From positions 110,608,001-110,672,000 of the forward strand of contig NC_042999.1 of assembly GCF_006345805.1 (NCBI RefSeq): DNA of 64,000 nt, read 5' to 3'. Shown here piece after piece: positions 13,452 through 27,110 of the stretch. A program made the position numbers and the translations under genes. The notes beneath the pieces were generated by a model. It was not told where the DNA came from. It ran no database searches and saw only the letters and a program-made list of their open reading frames with translations. Numbering within the stretch: the first letter of the stretch is position 1; every line of letters begins with the position of its first letter. The DNA comes from Octopus sinensis. Taxonomy: Eukaryota.

Positions 13452-14719
13452 CATTATTATTATATTATTATTATTATTATTATTATTATTGTGGTGGTGG
13501 TTAAGCCTGGGAATCAAGCTAACAAAAACAGCTGTAAGTTCAGATTCTGCCTTTTTGTAATTAATTAATAAATGATAATTGATGTAAATCAATTGTTATT
13601 CAATCTTATCCCCATTTTCTGTTTTCCTTGAACATTGATAAACTTCAGTTTATTCTTGTCTTTACCTATCACTTACGAGCATTAATACCAATGCTCATGA
13701 TTAAATATAGGTAATACATCAGTGGATTCATTGGATACTTAGACGATTGTTATAACCTCTAACTTAACTCACCTATATATATATATATCATCATCATCAT
13801 CATCATCGTTTAACATCCGCTTTCCATGCTAGCATGGGTTGGACGGTTCAACTGGGGTCTGGCAAGCTCGAAGGCTGCACCAGGCCAGTCAGATCTGGCA
13901 GTGTTTCTACAGCTGGATGCCCTTCCTAACGCCAACCATATATATATATGTCTAATATAATAAATGCGGAAACTAATTTCTGTGTGTCAGTGTGTCACAC
14001 TTAGACTCCCTCTCTCACTATCCAATGACATTCCTACTATTCCTCATTATGGGGTGAGAGAGAAAGAAAAAGTGAGGGAGAGAAAGAGAGACAAAGAAAT
14101 TTAGGGAAATTTGATGATGTTTTATTAAAAATAGTGTTGATGGTGGAAGTGGGAGTAATAATAAAAGAGAGAGAAAGAGTGGATACGCAAGAGAAAGAGT
14201 GGATATGTGAGAGAAAGAGAGAGATGATGTACAACTTTGTTTGACCATGTCTCTTTGACAGAAATTCCTGTCTCCAGCATACTGAACACTATCATTTTTG
14301 TTTTATTTTTTGCTATCTTTAATACACACACACACACACATATGTATATATAAAATACGCTTTAATTGAAATAAAGTTTCCCCAAAATTAAACATATCTA
14401 ATATAATATATGTGAATGTCAGTGTGTCACGCTTTTTCAAATTTAATAAATCCTTTCTACTGGAAGCAGAAGGCCTCAAATTTTGGGAGAAGGGATTAAA
14501 TAGATTACATCGATCCCAGTACGTAACTGGTACTAATATTATCAACTCCGAAAGGCTGGAATTTGAGCTCTAAACCTAATGGCAGACGAAATACTGCTTA
14601 GCATTTTGCCTTGCATGCTAACGATTCTGCAAGCTTGCTGCCTTAATATAATATAATAATATGATATAATATAATAAACATGAATGTCAGTGTGTCAGTG
14701 TGTCACACTTTTACAACTT

Positions 14720-15130
14720 TACTCCTAGAGGCCGTAGCCCAACATTTCATACCATTCTGAGCTGAATCTGGACCCACATTCCTGAAATTTTGGATTCTCA
14801 AGTTTTCATTACTGTGATTGCTTCATTGATTTTTTTATGTGACTTTTTTGTGACAAATGTTTTTGTACAATAATAATTTTTATAATCTAAAATCTAACTC
14901 CGTAAGTAAATTAAAAACATCCCAGGCCAAATCCCGACCTGCAATACTGAAATTTTGGATTCCTATGTTTTCATTACTGCGATTGTTTTTGGCGATCTTT
15001 TTTAATGATTTTTTTGTGATGAATATGATCATCATTGGGATATGACTCTGGAGGAAGAAATTGCAACAAATTCTGTAAAACAATTCAGAGATCTGTTTGC
15101 AGATCTTCCCATTCAGAGTCAGTTGCTTAA
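14720..15130. mobile_element. Probable DNA-transposon remnant with internal ~70-bp direct duplication
   Basis: CTGAAATTTTGGATTC..TTTTCATTACTG.GATTG occurs at ~14782 and ~14948; family not identified. Confidence 0.4.
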
Positions 15131-17059
15131 AGGCTATATACTTGAATGTTAATCATCTGAAAATTTCTAGTCTTTGCCTTTTCCTTATATACATGTATAT
15201 ATATTCTGTATATCAAACTCAAGGAGTTTTATCAGTTTATTTGCATCATTGCCTCTGTGTCTCTCTCTCTCTAAATGTATGTATGTATGTATCTACACAC
15301 ATGCATATACATACTTATATATGTATACACACATCTATATACATGTACATATATGTACATGCCAACACATGTATATCTAAATATTATGTATTTATATATA
15401 CATATATATGTATATATGCATATGTATAAATACATATGTATATCTTTATATATATATGTATACACACACATACACATCAACACACATACATATACATACA
15501 TGTACATGTATACATGCATCCATATACTCATGCATACAGCCCCACAGATATGTATTTAGATTTATGTATATATGTTTGCATTTATATACAAAGGAGACAG
15601 ATGTCTTCAATAAGCATTCATTGTCTGTCATGTGCATTTCATCTATAAATATGATTGTCTTTCTTTTTTTTCATTTATTGTAATCACTAATGACACTAAA
15701 ATTTCACAATTTCAATGAATCTTTTAAAAGCTTCTAAATTCCATAATTTCCTCAGAAAGTACGAATGAGGAAATATTCATTAGATTTACCTGGTTATTAA
15801 CAAATTATATTAATACATGTCACTTAAACAAAGAAATTTTACTATTACCAGGTCTTTAATTATGTACCTGAGTTGCTATGTTTTGGAAGTTCATTGAAAA
15901 ATCATTCAACTATTATTTTATTAAAAGTTTTTACTCAAATATTGCTGTAAGAGTATAGCTCCATTATTCAAATAGATTCAGTGTTTTGACTGATTAGATT
16001 CATTGAGGTTGTTTATAAATCTGTTGCTCTAAACCTGCATTAAATTTCAATCTGTAAAAATGGCTACAGGGTACAGTAGCAACTACAACTCCAACCTTAG
16101 CAATTACAGTGCTTTGAACATGTGAATTTCTGCACAATAATGTGAACAATGTTATACGAAGAGATCATATTTTGGGCTGAATTTTATTAAGGAATCCATA
16201 TAAAATACGAAATTTACGCTTTCTGCTTCTATGTACAGGTCAAGTAATGATACTAAAGAATGACATCTGATAATAATTTTACAGAAAAGATTAAGAATAT
16301 CCCAAAGCTGATGTTATTGATATATATCTAATTGAATACATATTTGTGTAGCCTGACATCTAAAAGAAAGGGCTTGCTTTGTATTGCATCAATGTAATAA
16401 ATCAACTACAAATATTTCGTTTTTGGATTTGGTTCGTGTGTTGAAGCATATTCTGTTGTGTCTAAGACTATTGAAAAGGTTGCAAGACACAACGAAAATT
16501 TTAGGAAGATAAAAATAAGAAATAAGTGGGAATTTTACTGGTGCATGTGTTACATTATAAGGCAAAAAAAAATGACTCTCCCCAGACACAACAAACTGTA
16601 AATATGTTTTTATTAAAACTTTTAACTATAAAATAAGGTCTGAAATTTGGTGGAAATGGGCTAGTACCCAACTGGTACTTAATTTATCAACTCTGAGCAT
16701 GAAGCCAAAAGAATTTGAACTCAGAATATGAAGCCAAAAGAAATACTACTAAGCATCTTGTCCAGTATGCTAATGGTTCCACAGCTTGCTGTCTTCGTTT
16801 CTAATTCTAATGCAAGAGCAGTAGTTTTGAGGAAAGTGGGTTAGTTGATTACATCAATCTCTGTATTAGATTGGTACTAATTTTGTTGACTCCTAAAAAA
16901 ATGAAAGGCAAAGCTGACCTCAGCAAAATTTGAACTCAGAATATTAGGCCAGAAGAAATGTCACATTTTGTTCAGCATCCTACAGAACCATCTACGCTAC
17001 AGAAACATCTGTAGTGATACTCACAATACCATTCATTATGTGAAAAGCAACATTCGAGC

Positions 17060-17360
17060 AAAGTCATTGCCAGTGCCACTGGACTGGCTCCTTTACAGGT
17101 GGCACATAAAAAACACCATTTGAGCATGGCTGTTGCCAGTACCACCTGACTGGCCCTCGTGCTGGTGACATGTAAAAGTACCCACTACACTCTCGGAATG
17201 GTTGGCATTAGGAAGGGCATCCAGCTGTAGAAACTCTGCCAGATCGGATTGGAGCCTGGTGCAGCCATCAGGCTCACCAGTCCTCAGTCAAACTGTCCAA
17301 CCCATGCCAGCATGGAAAGCGGGCATTAAACAATCATGATGATGATGATGATGATGATAA
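17060..17360 (+). mobile_element. RTE 3'-UTR-derived repeat with (GAT)n tail
   Basis: GCCAGTGCCACTGGACTGGCTCC...CCATGCCAGCATGGAAAGCGGGCATTAAAC-(GAT)n. Confidence 0.85.
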
Positions 17361-17632
17361 TCCTAATGATTCTGCCAGCTCACTACCTTACAAGTATATT
17401 TCTAATAACTGGGATTTCTTGGCTAAATAGAAAATATGTGTTTTAGAGAAAAAAAGTGAAGTAAGGTATATTAACCCTGATATAATAGTGATATAACATT
17501 GACCCCAGATGATGAATGGTGAAAATCTGCTTTCAGAAGATTAGAACTTGGAACCTCCAAAAGACCAATCTAAAAACTGCAATACATTTACTCTGCTGTC
17601 TTAGTATTTGGATTATTTCTTTATTCAAACAG

Positions 17633-17773
17633 CTTTATAGAGCATTTATAGAAAAAGGAAATGGAATATTGTCAGATATAAGCCCCATCTTGAAAGCATT
17701 ATTTTTTGTAATGAAGGCAGTGAAAGAAAATATTGGTGCTGAAGTACTGGACAAAGTGTCATGCAGTATTTAA
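17633..17773 (+). CDS. Candidate exon, unknown protein
   Basis: Acceptor TTTCTTTATTCAAACAG then LYRAFIEKGNGILSDISPILKALFFVMKAVKENIGAEVLDKVSC; possible donor A|GTATTT at 17765. No homology recognised. Confidence 0.3.
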   Translation, partial: LYRAFIEKGNGILSDISPILKALFFVMKAVKENIGAEVLDKVSCSI

Positions 17774-19163
17774 TTACATCCATGAATTCAATTTCTGCTG
17801 ATGTTTGACTTTTGTCTTGCATACTACTTGGGTGGAATGGGGGTGTTGATAAAATAAGTACTAAGGTTCATAAGCAGTACCAATGAAGTAATGAAAGTGA
17901 TTTAATTGTCTCTTCCTTCAAACAATAGTTCTGGTCTTGTACCAATGGTAAAAACAATTATTTGTAGAATAATAAAAGAAATGGAAATCAGTCTGCTGTT
18001 TTGGTTCTGACTTCTTGACACTTTTCCTACAACAGTGACAACAATGTTACTCGGAATGAATAATAGATATTAAATGAAGTGTGAAATATAATTATGGTTT
18101 TGTTTAAGCATTATGTGATGTTCATTAAATGTTTAAATGTCTGAGATGAGATATTGTTAATAGGATTATAATTATTCAGACTATTAACCTTGTGTCTGAA
18201 ATGAAAATAAATTTTTTTTCCTGTATTTACTTCTTTATTTCATTGAGCCCCTTTTCATCACATGTCTTATTCTTGAATGTGTACTTAGTAGCACACTCTA
18301 TTTGAGCAAAAATCTTTATTTATATCCTAAGGGTAATAACACTGTAACCCACTTGGCCAATATATATTGCAGATGTAAATATCAAAAATAAAACCAAAAT
18401 ATTTTTATTTGTGAAGGTCAGATGAGACTGAAAAAATTTATATATTTTATCAACTTGAATTGTTTAGGCTTAATTAATTTGTTTTTCAGTTGTATGAACA
18501 CAATTACTCATTCATGCATAAGGCTACAAATGTCAAATGAAGGTAAAAAGGAATTTGGTAATGTTCATGCCTTTCCTAAAGGACATAAGAAACAAATCTT
18601 TGTTTGTCAATCATACTAACACCATCATATAGTTCTCAGGTGTCTTTAACAGAGTTCACAATGTTTCTTGCATTTGGACTGGTCTACAGTTGGATGATAC
18701 CTTGATTCTTATGACCAGTCTAAGAAGCCCCAATAAAAAAAGTGTCATGTGTGCTGCTCTTTGCTCTCTGAATAAGCAATCAAAATAAATAGAAATTTTT
18801 AAAAACTCAACTTCAGACAAGAATTGAAACCTGCATATAGAGACTCAGCTTGTTGAAATATTTCTTCCAATTTTATAATGCTCTTATGTTATATTGTTAA
18901 AGGTAGAACCATATGTTTCTCACTTTAGAAGTTGAAATAAGAAGATACTGTACTGGTTTTCAATGATTTGTTATATCTGTTATGTCTGGTAATGCAAAAC
19001 CATACGTTGAAAAACTATCTCAAAAAACAAGCTGGGAGAGGATATGCTGGGAGGCAGTGGTTATTGACACCAGCCTAAACAACTTCTGTGTTCAGGGAAG
19101 TGGCCAACACCTCTTGAAAGATTTTACAACTATGAACTCTGTACTGAAAGCATGCCATATATC

Positions 19164-19261
19164 TTAATTCTTTGAAGTTTGGCTGCCGGTTTTAGACACG
19201 ACTTCACTAGCAGCCTCTAGAATAGATGTAAGAAGTTTGGCCAGGGGCCAATGTTCTATTT
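19164..19261 (-). CDS. Candidate terminal coding exon, unknown protein
   Basis: Long T-rich tract + TTAACCAG acceptor; open frame xIEHWPLAKLLTSILEAASEVVSKTGSQTSKN*, followed by repeat-free, UTR-like sequence. Confidence 0.4.
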
Positions 19262-19643
19262 CTGGTTAACAAAAAACAAAAAAAAACAAAAAAACAAAAC
19301 AAAAACACAGGCAAAAGCTTAAGCTGCAGATCAAAAATGCACACACTTCATACTGGCTAGTGTAACAATTCTTTGTCTCTTTCTCTCTTTCACACAATAT
19401 TGTTATTTGTGCAAAGAGAACTATGGAAAGAAATAAGAAAATCAACATTTATGTCTCAGTATACCATGTTAGATAATTCATTCAGACAGGGTTAATATTG
19501 AAATTTTCTAAATAAAAGAAAACAATTACAAAAGAAAAACAAAGAAAAAAATTAATTAATTCAAATAAAAAATAATAACAACAACAACAATGATAATAAT
19601 AATAACAATGATAATGATAATAGTAATAGTAGTAGTAGTAGAA

Positions 19644-19713
<70 letters not shown>

Positions 19714-20408
19714 CAATAATGCAAAAAATATTTTAAAGTGTAAAAACAAAACAAAAAGTAATTGAAAAGTTCATGAAGTGAAAAAAAAAAAAACTGGAGA
19801 GAATTATTCGACTGAGTGAAAAATCTTTCTTCTGGTAATGTTAAAAATTACTTCCGTTGAACGGAAATTCTCTTGGTGTGTCTAGTAGCTATGACAAGGC
19901 AGTATGGATTGCAGCTATTCCCCAGCATTGCAATGAGGTCAAGGAGCACTACCATATTAATATAAGCTTGCAAAAGCATTTGACTGAAGTATTCTCTATT
20001 TCTAAACTCCTTTGTGAAAAATCTAAAAGACTTTTTAGCAATAGTTTAAATGTTGATTTTCATAAAACAATAGATATGGTTTTAAGTACTATTCCCATTT
20101 ATATAAATAATACATATTTTTCAATGTTTGCATGTTTGTTAATTATTACAAATGTTTAAAGTAGGCACTGTAAGGATTCGCTTGAAAGAAAGCAGGATGA
20201 AATACCTATTTTATAAAATATAATAATTTTGAAAGATTAATGCTTTCTTTTTCGATTAAACAACTAACAATCTGATGAAGAAAAACAGGATGCACTTACA
20301 ATTATCTACATTATCAAGTTGCTGTTGTTAATGTTAGAAGCCATTATTGTTGTCAAAAATTTACATGTTTTCAATTTAAGATTTTAATTTTTTGAAATGT
20401 AGTTAAAC

Positions 20409-20845
20409 TATTGGGTCATCCCCTAAATAATGCTGTTTTTTCAATTGCATGAACTAAAAATCGGAGGGGGATGGGATAAACTACCTGCATTAACTTGTTA
20501 TAAAAGTGGATAGTAATTTTACTTTGTTTTTAGTCTCAGTGCAAGTCTTGAAGAGTGCCGTTCGATTTTAACAGTTATTTTTTTCAAAACTATAATGAAA
20601 GTGATAAAGGAGCATATTTGGCGTATTTTGCTTTATGAGTTCAATAAATGCAACAACACAACAGAAAGTGCGAGGAATATGAATGCAGTATATGGGGATT
20701 GGACAATAAATGCAAACCAGTGTCAACAGTGGTTCCGGAAATTCTGAGCCAGAAACTACATCCTAGAAGACGAGCCTCATCCTGGAAGATCTGTAGAACT
20801 TGATGAGGATGTCCTGCAAATCCTGGTGGAAAAAATCTCATCGTA
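20409..20845 (+). mobile_element. Mariner transposon 5' remnant (TIR-like end + HTH)
   Basis: From ATG 20595: MKVIKEHIWRILLYEFNKCNNTTESARNMNAVYGDWTINANQCQQWFRKF*ARNYILEDEPHPGRSVELDED, matching the mariner/SETMAR HTH; TA-TTGGGTCATC end. Confidence 0.88.
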
Positions 20846-21099
20846 GCTGTTATGTGTGTGTGTGGATAAGTGCAGGTGTGGCTGTGTGGTAAGAAGCCTT
20901 CTACTCAACCACATAGTTCTGGGTTCAGACTAACCATGTGACACCTTAGGCATGTAACTTCTATTATAACCTTGGGGCAACCAAAGCCTTGTGAGTGGAT
21001 TTGATAGATGGAAACTGAAAGAAGCTCGTTGTATTACACACACAAATATATATTACAATAATAATTACAATAATCCTAGGATAAAATTTATAAACATTT

Positions 21100-22360
21100 A
21101 ATGTATCACTATGCACTTTCCACAAATCACATGACTTTTAAGATCACAGTCCATATTCCTGGGATGATTAAAGTGTAGTCCATAGTGTCTTTGGGCATCT
21201 GGTTGATCATCATCATTGATTCATTCCTTCAGGTGATTAGTGGATGAACATTAGTAGATGAACCACCAAGGGATGTTTTTTTCTCTTTTTACTAGTCTGA
21301 AGGCCAAGTGAGACATATAGTTATTTCATTGTGTATTTGGTGGTAAGAAATAAAATGTGATGGGAATAGAAGAAGGAACAGTAGTTATATGGAGACAGAG
21401 GTGTGTGTGGTGGTGTTCGATTTATTTTGCTGTTCATTCAGCAGGTGTTAGGATGAGTAGTACATTCTTTTGTTTGGTTTCATTTAAGGCATGACTATCT
21501 TGAATAAATTCTGAACTCAACAGGTGGTCAAGTACTACTGCTATACAGTGGGGTTTGTTGAATAAATTGATATGCTACTTTCTTGTGATGACCTCTTCAT
21601 TGTTTTTGTTGGTATAGTGTAAAAAATCTCAAACATTGGCTCCTCAGTTTATTTGTTTATGTTCCTTTGCTTTTCTATAATGTGTTATTTCGTTTCAAAT
21701 TTTTTTCTAACTCCATGAATGATGTTTTTGTTCTTATGATCATCTCAGAGTGCCTATTTATCATGTTTTCCCTAGATGTGATTATTTCCAGGGTTTCTTC
21801 TAGGCATAGGTTGCATACCCATGATGTTCTGTTATATGGTGCAATATTTTTATAATGAACCGGTCGGTCATATGTTTCCCTCCATTCCATTTTAGTCTCC
21901 CAATGAGGTTTGATAGAGATGGAGTGTCTTATTTATATTCAAAAATGATGAGAGATGGTGTCTCAGATGATTTTTCATGATGTCTCCAGTGCCACCAATG
22001 TACATGTATTGCTGTGTATCTGTCTTCACCTCACATTTGTACACTACATTCCTTATCATGCAATTATTGCTAAATCTGCATTCCTCTTTACACCTGCAGT
22101 TACACATGATATTATTTTTTTTCTTTTCTTTCTGTAGAGTTACTATTAGTGGTCGTCTCCCTCCTGTAACAGTGCACTCCTTTTCCTTATTCATGGATTC
22201 TACATTTAATTGTGTGATGTTGTTCGGGCTGGTTTTTGCTATTGATGAATTTTTATTACCCTTATTTTCCACCATTCTATCGTTGTATACAGTGTTATTA
22301 GCTGCAGTTGGTTCTTATTTCCCCTCTAATTTTATTCTATTCAGTTTTGTGTTATAAAGT
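21100..22360 (-). mobile_element. Penelope-like element remnant (GIY-YIG region)
   Basis: CNCRCKEECRFSNNCMIRNVVYKCEV...YMYIGGT and CNLCLEETLEIIT...INRHSEM, typical of the PLE C-terminus. Confidence 0.85.
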
Positions 22361-22382
22361 TTGTGTATGTGGTACTCTAGAT

Positions 22383-22659
22383 CAGTGCTCCACAATTGGT
22401 ATGCCACAGCACACTGGTGTGCCATGAGACGATGCTAGGTGTGCTGCAGTGTAACCAGAATATAAATTTTTCCCTATACCTTTAGTTATATTTTTAGTTC
22501 AGTGTACTGCCGAATTTTGAAAAGAATATAAGTTAATGGGAGAAAAACAAAATAAGAATTATGAAAGAAGTTTTTAAACATCGAATGACTATGGGGGTCC
22601 ACCAGAATAAAATAGTAATCAAAGAGATTCCATAGATAAAAAATGGTTGAGAACCCCTG
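22383..22659. mobile_element. hAT-like MITE
   Basis: Left CAGTGCTCCACAA versus right TTGAGAACCCCTG (imperfect TIRs); no clear 8-bp TSD. Confidence 0.5.
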
Positions 22660-24190
22660 ATTTAAACCAATGATCAGGATGATGAAGACACTGAATCTTC
22701 TATTGTTTAATGAATTTTAAAATTTTCATATATTTCGCCCAGAGATATTTTTAAAACTTCCCAACCTTCTGTATGTCAAAAATTAAGTGTTGGTAATCAA
22801 TTCATCAGGTTGAATATGAATGAGGTTTAAAGAAGCATTCTGCAACACTTGATTACTTACAATGGTTACACTTCAGATTAGCATCAAGCACAAAACCAAA
22901 ACTCTATAGATGTAGAATTATTCTGTCTTCCAGTTTCATTAATAGTTTGTTTCTATTTTGGGGTGTTGTTGTTTTTCTTCCTCAATTCATTTCTGATTCT
23001 GTATTTTTTTATTTTGATTTAACTTTTTTCTGTTTTTTTTTCTTTGTCAACTGTCTAAAATATGAATATTTGGAAAACACCGATAAACAAATGATATAAA
23101 ATCAAATAATTAAGAGAATTTTCTCACAAATTAATCCTAAAGGAAAATAATTCGGATTTTATTTATATATGTATTTTCAACTTTTTACAATTTTTTATAT
23201 ATTTTTGATATTCCGAAAAATTTGTTTCATTTAAACATAGAATGCTTGCAGGTCATTTGTGGATATTCAAAAAACAAAAAGAAAAACACAATGTTTATTG
23301 TTTATTCATCTACTAGTAGTAGCCTTACCTTGCCATCTCACCATTTGTTGTTTTATTTTTCTCCAAATTATATTATGAAATATTCAAATTTAATAAGTTG
23401 TAAATCAATAGTCTTTGTAGCTTTCATAAGTTTTTGTGTAATATTTTTACTTTATATTTATTATTTATATATTTAATATTTTGACAGAAATAATTCTTGC
23501 CTTAAGATAAATTGTTTTCAAAATTCATAATCATTAACCATTTTGAAATTTATATGTTTTTCTGATTTTCTAACAAATTAACTAGGGCAGGGGGTCAATA
23601 TAAAATCATCATCACCAATTATTATTATTATTATTATTATTGTGATCATCATCATTATTATTGTTATCATTATTATCATCATTATCATCAACATAGATTA
23701 AACAGTATCTAATCTCTGTATAGAATTAGATACAAGCAAATTATTACTTTGCTCTTGTTTTTATTCCCAATTACAACAAATCTCTACTTAAATTGTTATT
23801 GAACAAGTTTTGTTTTCTTAAGAAAGAAAAAGCAATAAGAAAGGGGAAAAAATCCGAAATTTTTTTACTATATTTTTGTATATATTTCCTCAATTAAATA
23901 TTGTATTTGAAGAAATCTTTAATTTCTCTGTTATTGAAATGTAAAATGATCATTTAATTTTAAATGTAATATATACTTTGTATTATTCTAATTAAATATT
24001 TCATTCAAACATTCTATGTTATACATACATACATGCATACACACACACACACATATAAACATAGAAAAATGTATATGAAATAATGATGAGGTTACACACA
24101 CATATTCATATATATGTATGCATAGATATTTTTATGGACACATATCTATCAATCTATATACATAAATAAACACACATATATACAAGTGCA

Positions 24191-24230
<40 letters not shown>

Positions 24231-24961
24231 CACACACAAACACACATGCACACACACACACACATACATATATGCATGTGTATACGTTTATTTTTCCCAG
24301 AAGTATATATGCTTGTATATACATATAGAGACATGGACACACATATATAAATATAACATAAATATATATATCAATATGCTAACAAATAATGTTGCTTACA
24401 ATCTGATCATAACAATAGCTTCCCAAGAGCTATACTAAAAGCTTTAGAATCATGTTTCTTTTATTAGTGAGAGAAAGAGGCTGGGCTTCAAGAGACAAGA
24501 AGTACTGCCTTACTGTAATACATTCAGGAAATTACAAGAACTCAGGGAATGGACATTGATGATAATTCCAGTCCATCTTTGCCAAAATTGCTAATATAAA
24601 AATACTGGCATAACTATTATGGCCAGCCAGAATAAAGCAATTTCAAGTAAAAGGAAATGAAAGCAATAAATTCCATTAAAAAGACATAAACATAAAGATA
24701 TTTTTCCAACGATTGTTTGGAAGTTATGCATGTTTGGTTTTCTTAATTGATTTGTTGATTTTTCTCTGATTGACAGGGTGGGGCTGAAGAGAGCGAGAGA
24801 GAGAGAGAGAGAGAAAGGGGCAAGTAGGTGTGTTTTAATTACGGTCTATATTAGATGAACTTGTACTGATGTATTTTTCATTATTTTTTACTTGATTTCA
24901 CTTTATATATATATATTATATTATGAAGACACTCCTGTCAATTATATATATATATATATAC

Positions 24962-25059
<98 letters not shown>

Positions 25060-25139
25060 ATACACATACATATATATACATATTAGATGTGTATAATTTT
25101 TCTTTAACATTTCTTCCTTTTTTTGTGTGCTTTGGTCAG

Positions 25140-25252
25140 ATTCTCCTCTGAATATTGTATATGAGAATTGCATACCAATTTGGCAATCATTCATATCAAA
25201 TTCATTGAAGCTAAAAGGCTTTATTGCAAAACACATAAAGAAGCACATATAA
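25140..25252 (+). CDS. Candidate terminal coding exon, unknown protein
   Basis: Strong polypyrimidine + CAG acceptor; only one frame open ([37 protein letters not shown]); AATAAA at 25369. Confidence 0.3.
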
Positions 25253-25638
25253 AAACTCAAGAACGTGTACAAAAAAAAGACACAAACAGAAACAAAGTGA
25301 AGCAAAAATATTTTCCCAAAATATTATAGTAACAATGGACAAAGAAAAACAAACAACATAAAATACTGAATAAAATTGAAAGCAAAAGATGGGAACCATT
25401 TTAGGGTTATAAAATCGTAGAATATATGGCATGTGTTACGATTCTAGGGGTAAGATTCATTAATGACCTAAATGAGATATGAGAATCTGGTATTAAGAAG
25501 CTGTTAAATTTTTAAGAGAAAGATTTAGGGAACCCTTTTTTTAAACATATATAATATCTGTTTCTTCATACCCATACCTTTAACTTTTTTGAACTATCCT
25601 CATTATCATTTCTAGATGTGTATTACTTTATGAATATG

Positions 25639-25689
<51 letters not shown>

Positions 25690-25696
<7 letters not shown>

Positions 25697-25762
25697 TTTA
25701 TATATGTGGTTGTTGTTCAGCGTTTCTTGTTTTTTGCTTTTGGGTTTGTTCTTTTTGGGATT

Positions 25763-25794
<32 letters not shown>

Positions 25795-25807
25795 ATATAT
25801 ATATATC

Positions 25808-25839
<32 letters not shown>

Positions 25840-25905
25840 TTTATATATGTGGTTGTTGTTCAGTGTTTCTTGTTTTTTGCTTTTGGGTTTGTTCTTTTTG
25901 GGATT

Positions 25906-25936
<31 letters not shown>

Positions 25937-25942
25937 TATATA

Positions 25943-25981
<39 letters not shown>

Positions 25982-26060
25982 TTTTATATGTGGTTGTTGT
26001 TCAGTGTTTCTTGTTTTTTGCTTTTGGGTTTGTTCTTTTTGGGATTTATATATATATATA
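25690..26060. repeat. Three-copy tandem array (~143-bp period) of a ~65-bp unique unit plus (TA)n
   Basis: TATATGTGGTTGTTGTTCAG.GTTTCTTG...GGGATTT at ~25700, ~25845 and ~25987. Confidence 0.9.
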
Positions 26061-26084
26061 TATATATAATATATATATATATAT

Positions 26085-27110
26085 CATCATCATCATCATC
26101 TTTGTTTAGCGTCTGCTTTCCATGCTGGCATGGGTTGGACAATTTGACTGGGGACTGGCAGGCCAGGAGGCCGCACCAGGCTCCAATCTGATCTGGCAGT
26201 GTTTCTACAGCTGGATGCCTTTCCTAATGCCAACCACTCTGAGAGTGTAGTGGGTACTTTTTACATGTCACCGGCGTGGGAGCCAGTCAGGCAGCAGTGG
26301 CATCGGCTATGTGTTGATGGTGCTTTTAACGTGCCACTGACACTTGATTGTGGTTTGATTTGATTTTGATTTACTTGACTCAATAGGTCTCCTCAAGCAA
26401 GGCACGTTGCTTGACGATCCAAAGGTACTTTTTAATTGGGCTGGTTATGTGACACTGGTGTCGGCTATGGCTGTGATCTCACTTTACTTGCCAGGTCATC
26501 TCCATCACAGTATATCTCCAGAGGTCCCGGTCTTTCACCATTGCCTCTGTGAGGCCTAATATTTGAAGGTCAGGCTTCATCCCCTCATCCCATGTCTTCC
26601 TGGGTCTTCCTCTTCCATGGGTTCCTTCCACTGTTTGGGAGTGACACTTCTTCACACAGCTCTCCTCACCCATATGCAGCACATGACCATACCAGCACAG
26701 TTGTCTCTCTTGCACACCACATCTGATGCTTCTTATGTCTAACATTTCTCTCAGGGCACTTACATTCTGTTGTGTGTGCACACTGACTTTACACATCCAG
26801 CGAATCATACTAGCTTCATTTCTTTTGAGTTTATGCATGTCTACAGCAGTCATGGCCCATGTTTCACTGCTGTGTAGCATAGTAGTTTGCACACATGCAT
26901 CATACAATCTACCGTTCACTGTGTGAGAGGCCCTTTGTCACCAGTAGGGGTAGGAACTTTCTGAACTTTGCCCAGGCTATTCTTATTCTTGTGGCAATAC
27001 TCTCCAAGCATTCACCCCCACCACAGACTTGGTGACCTAGGTAGCAGAAGCTATCAACTACTTCTAGCTTCTCCCTATGGCATGTGATGGAATTAGTTTT
27101 CTGAACATCT
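26085..27110 (-). mobile_element. RTE LINE 3' end (ORF C-terminus + 3' UTR + (GAT)n tail)
   Basis: VDSFCYLG, RLYDACVQTTMLHSSETWA, RQLCWYGHVLHM, GRGRPRKTWDE; continues into the abundant 3'-UTR repeat. Confidence 0.92.

Noticed and set aside
18982-19167. 61-aa plus-strand ORF MSGNAKPYVEK...
   Set aside because: No acceptor, an in-frame stop just upstream, and it lies in the putative 3' UTR of the minus-strand candidate.
19857-20159. 100-aa plus-strand ORF starting at TTG
   Set aside because: No convincing splice signals or motif; overlapping alternative minus-strand readings are equally plausible.
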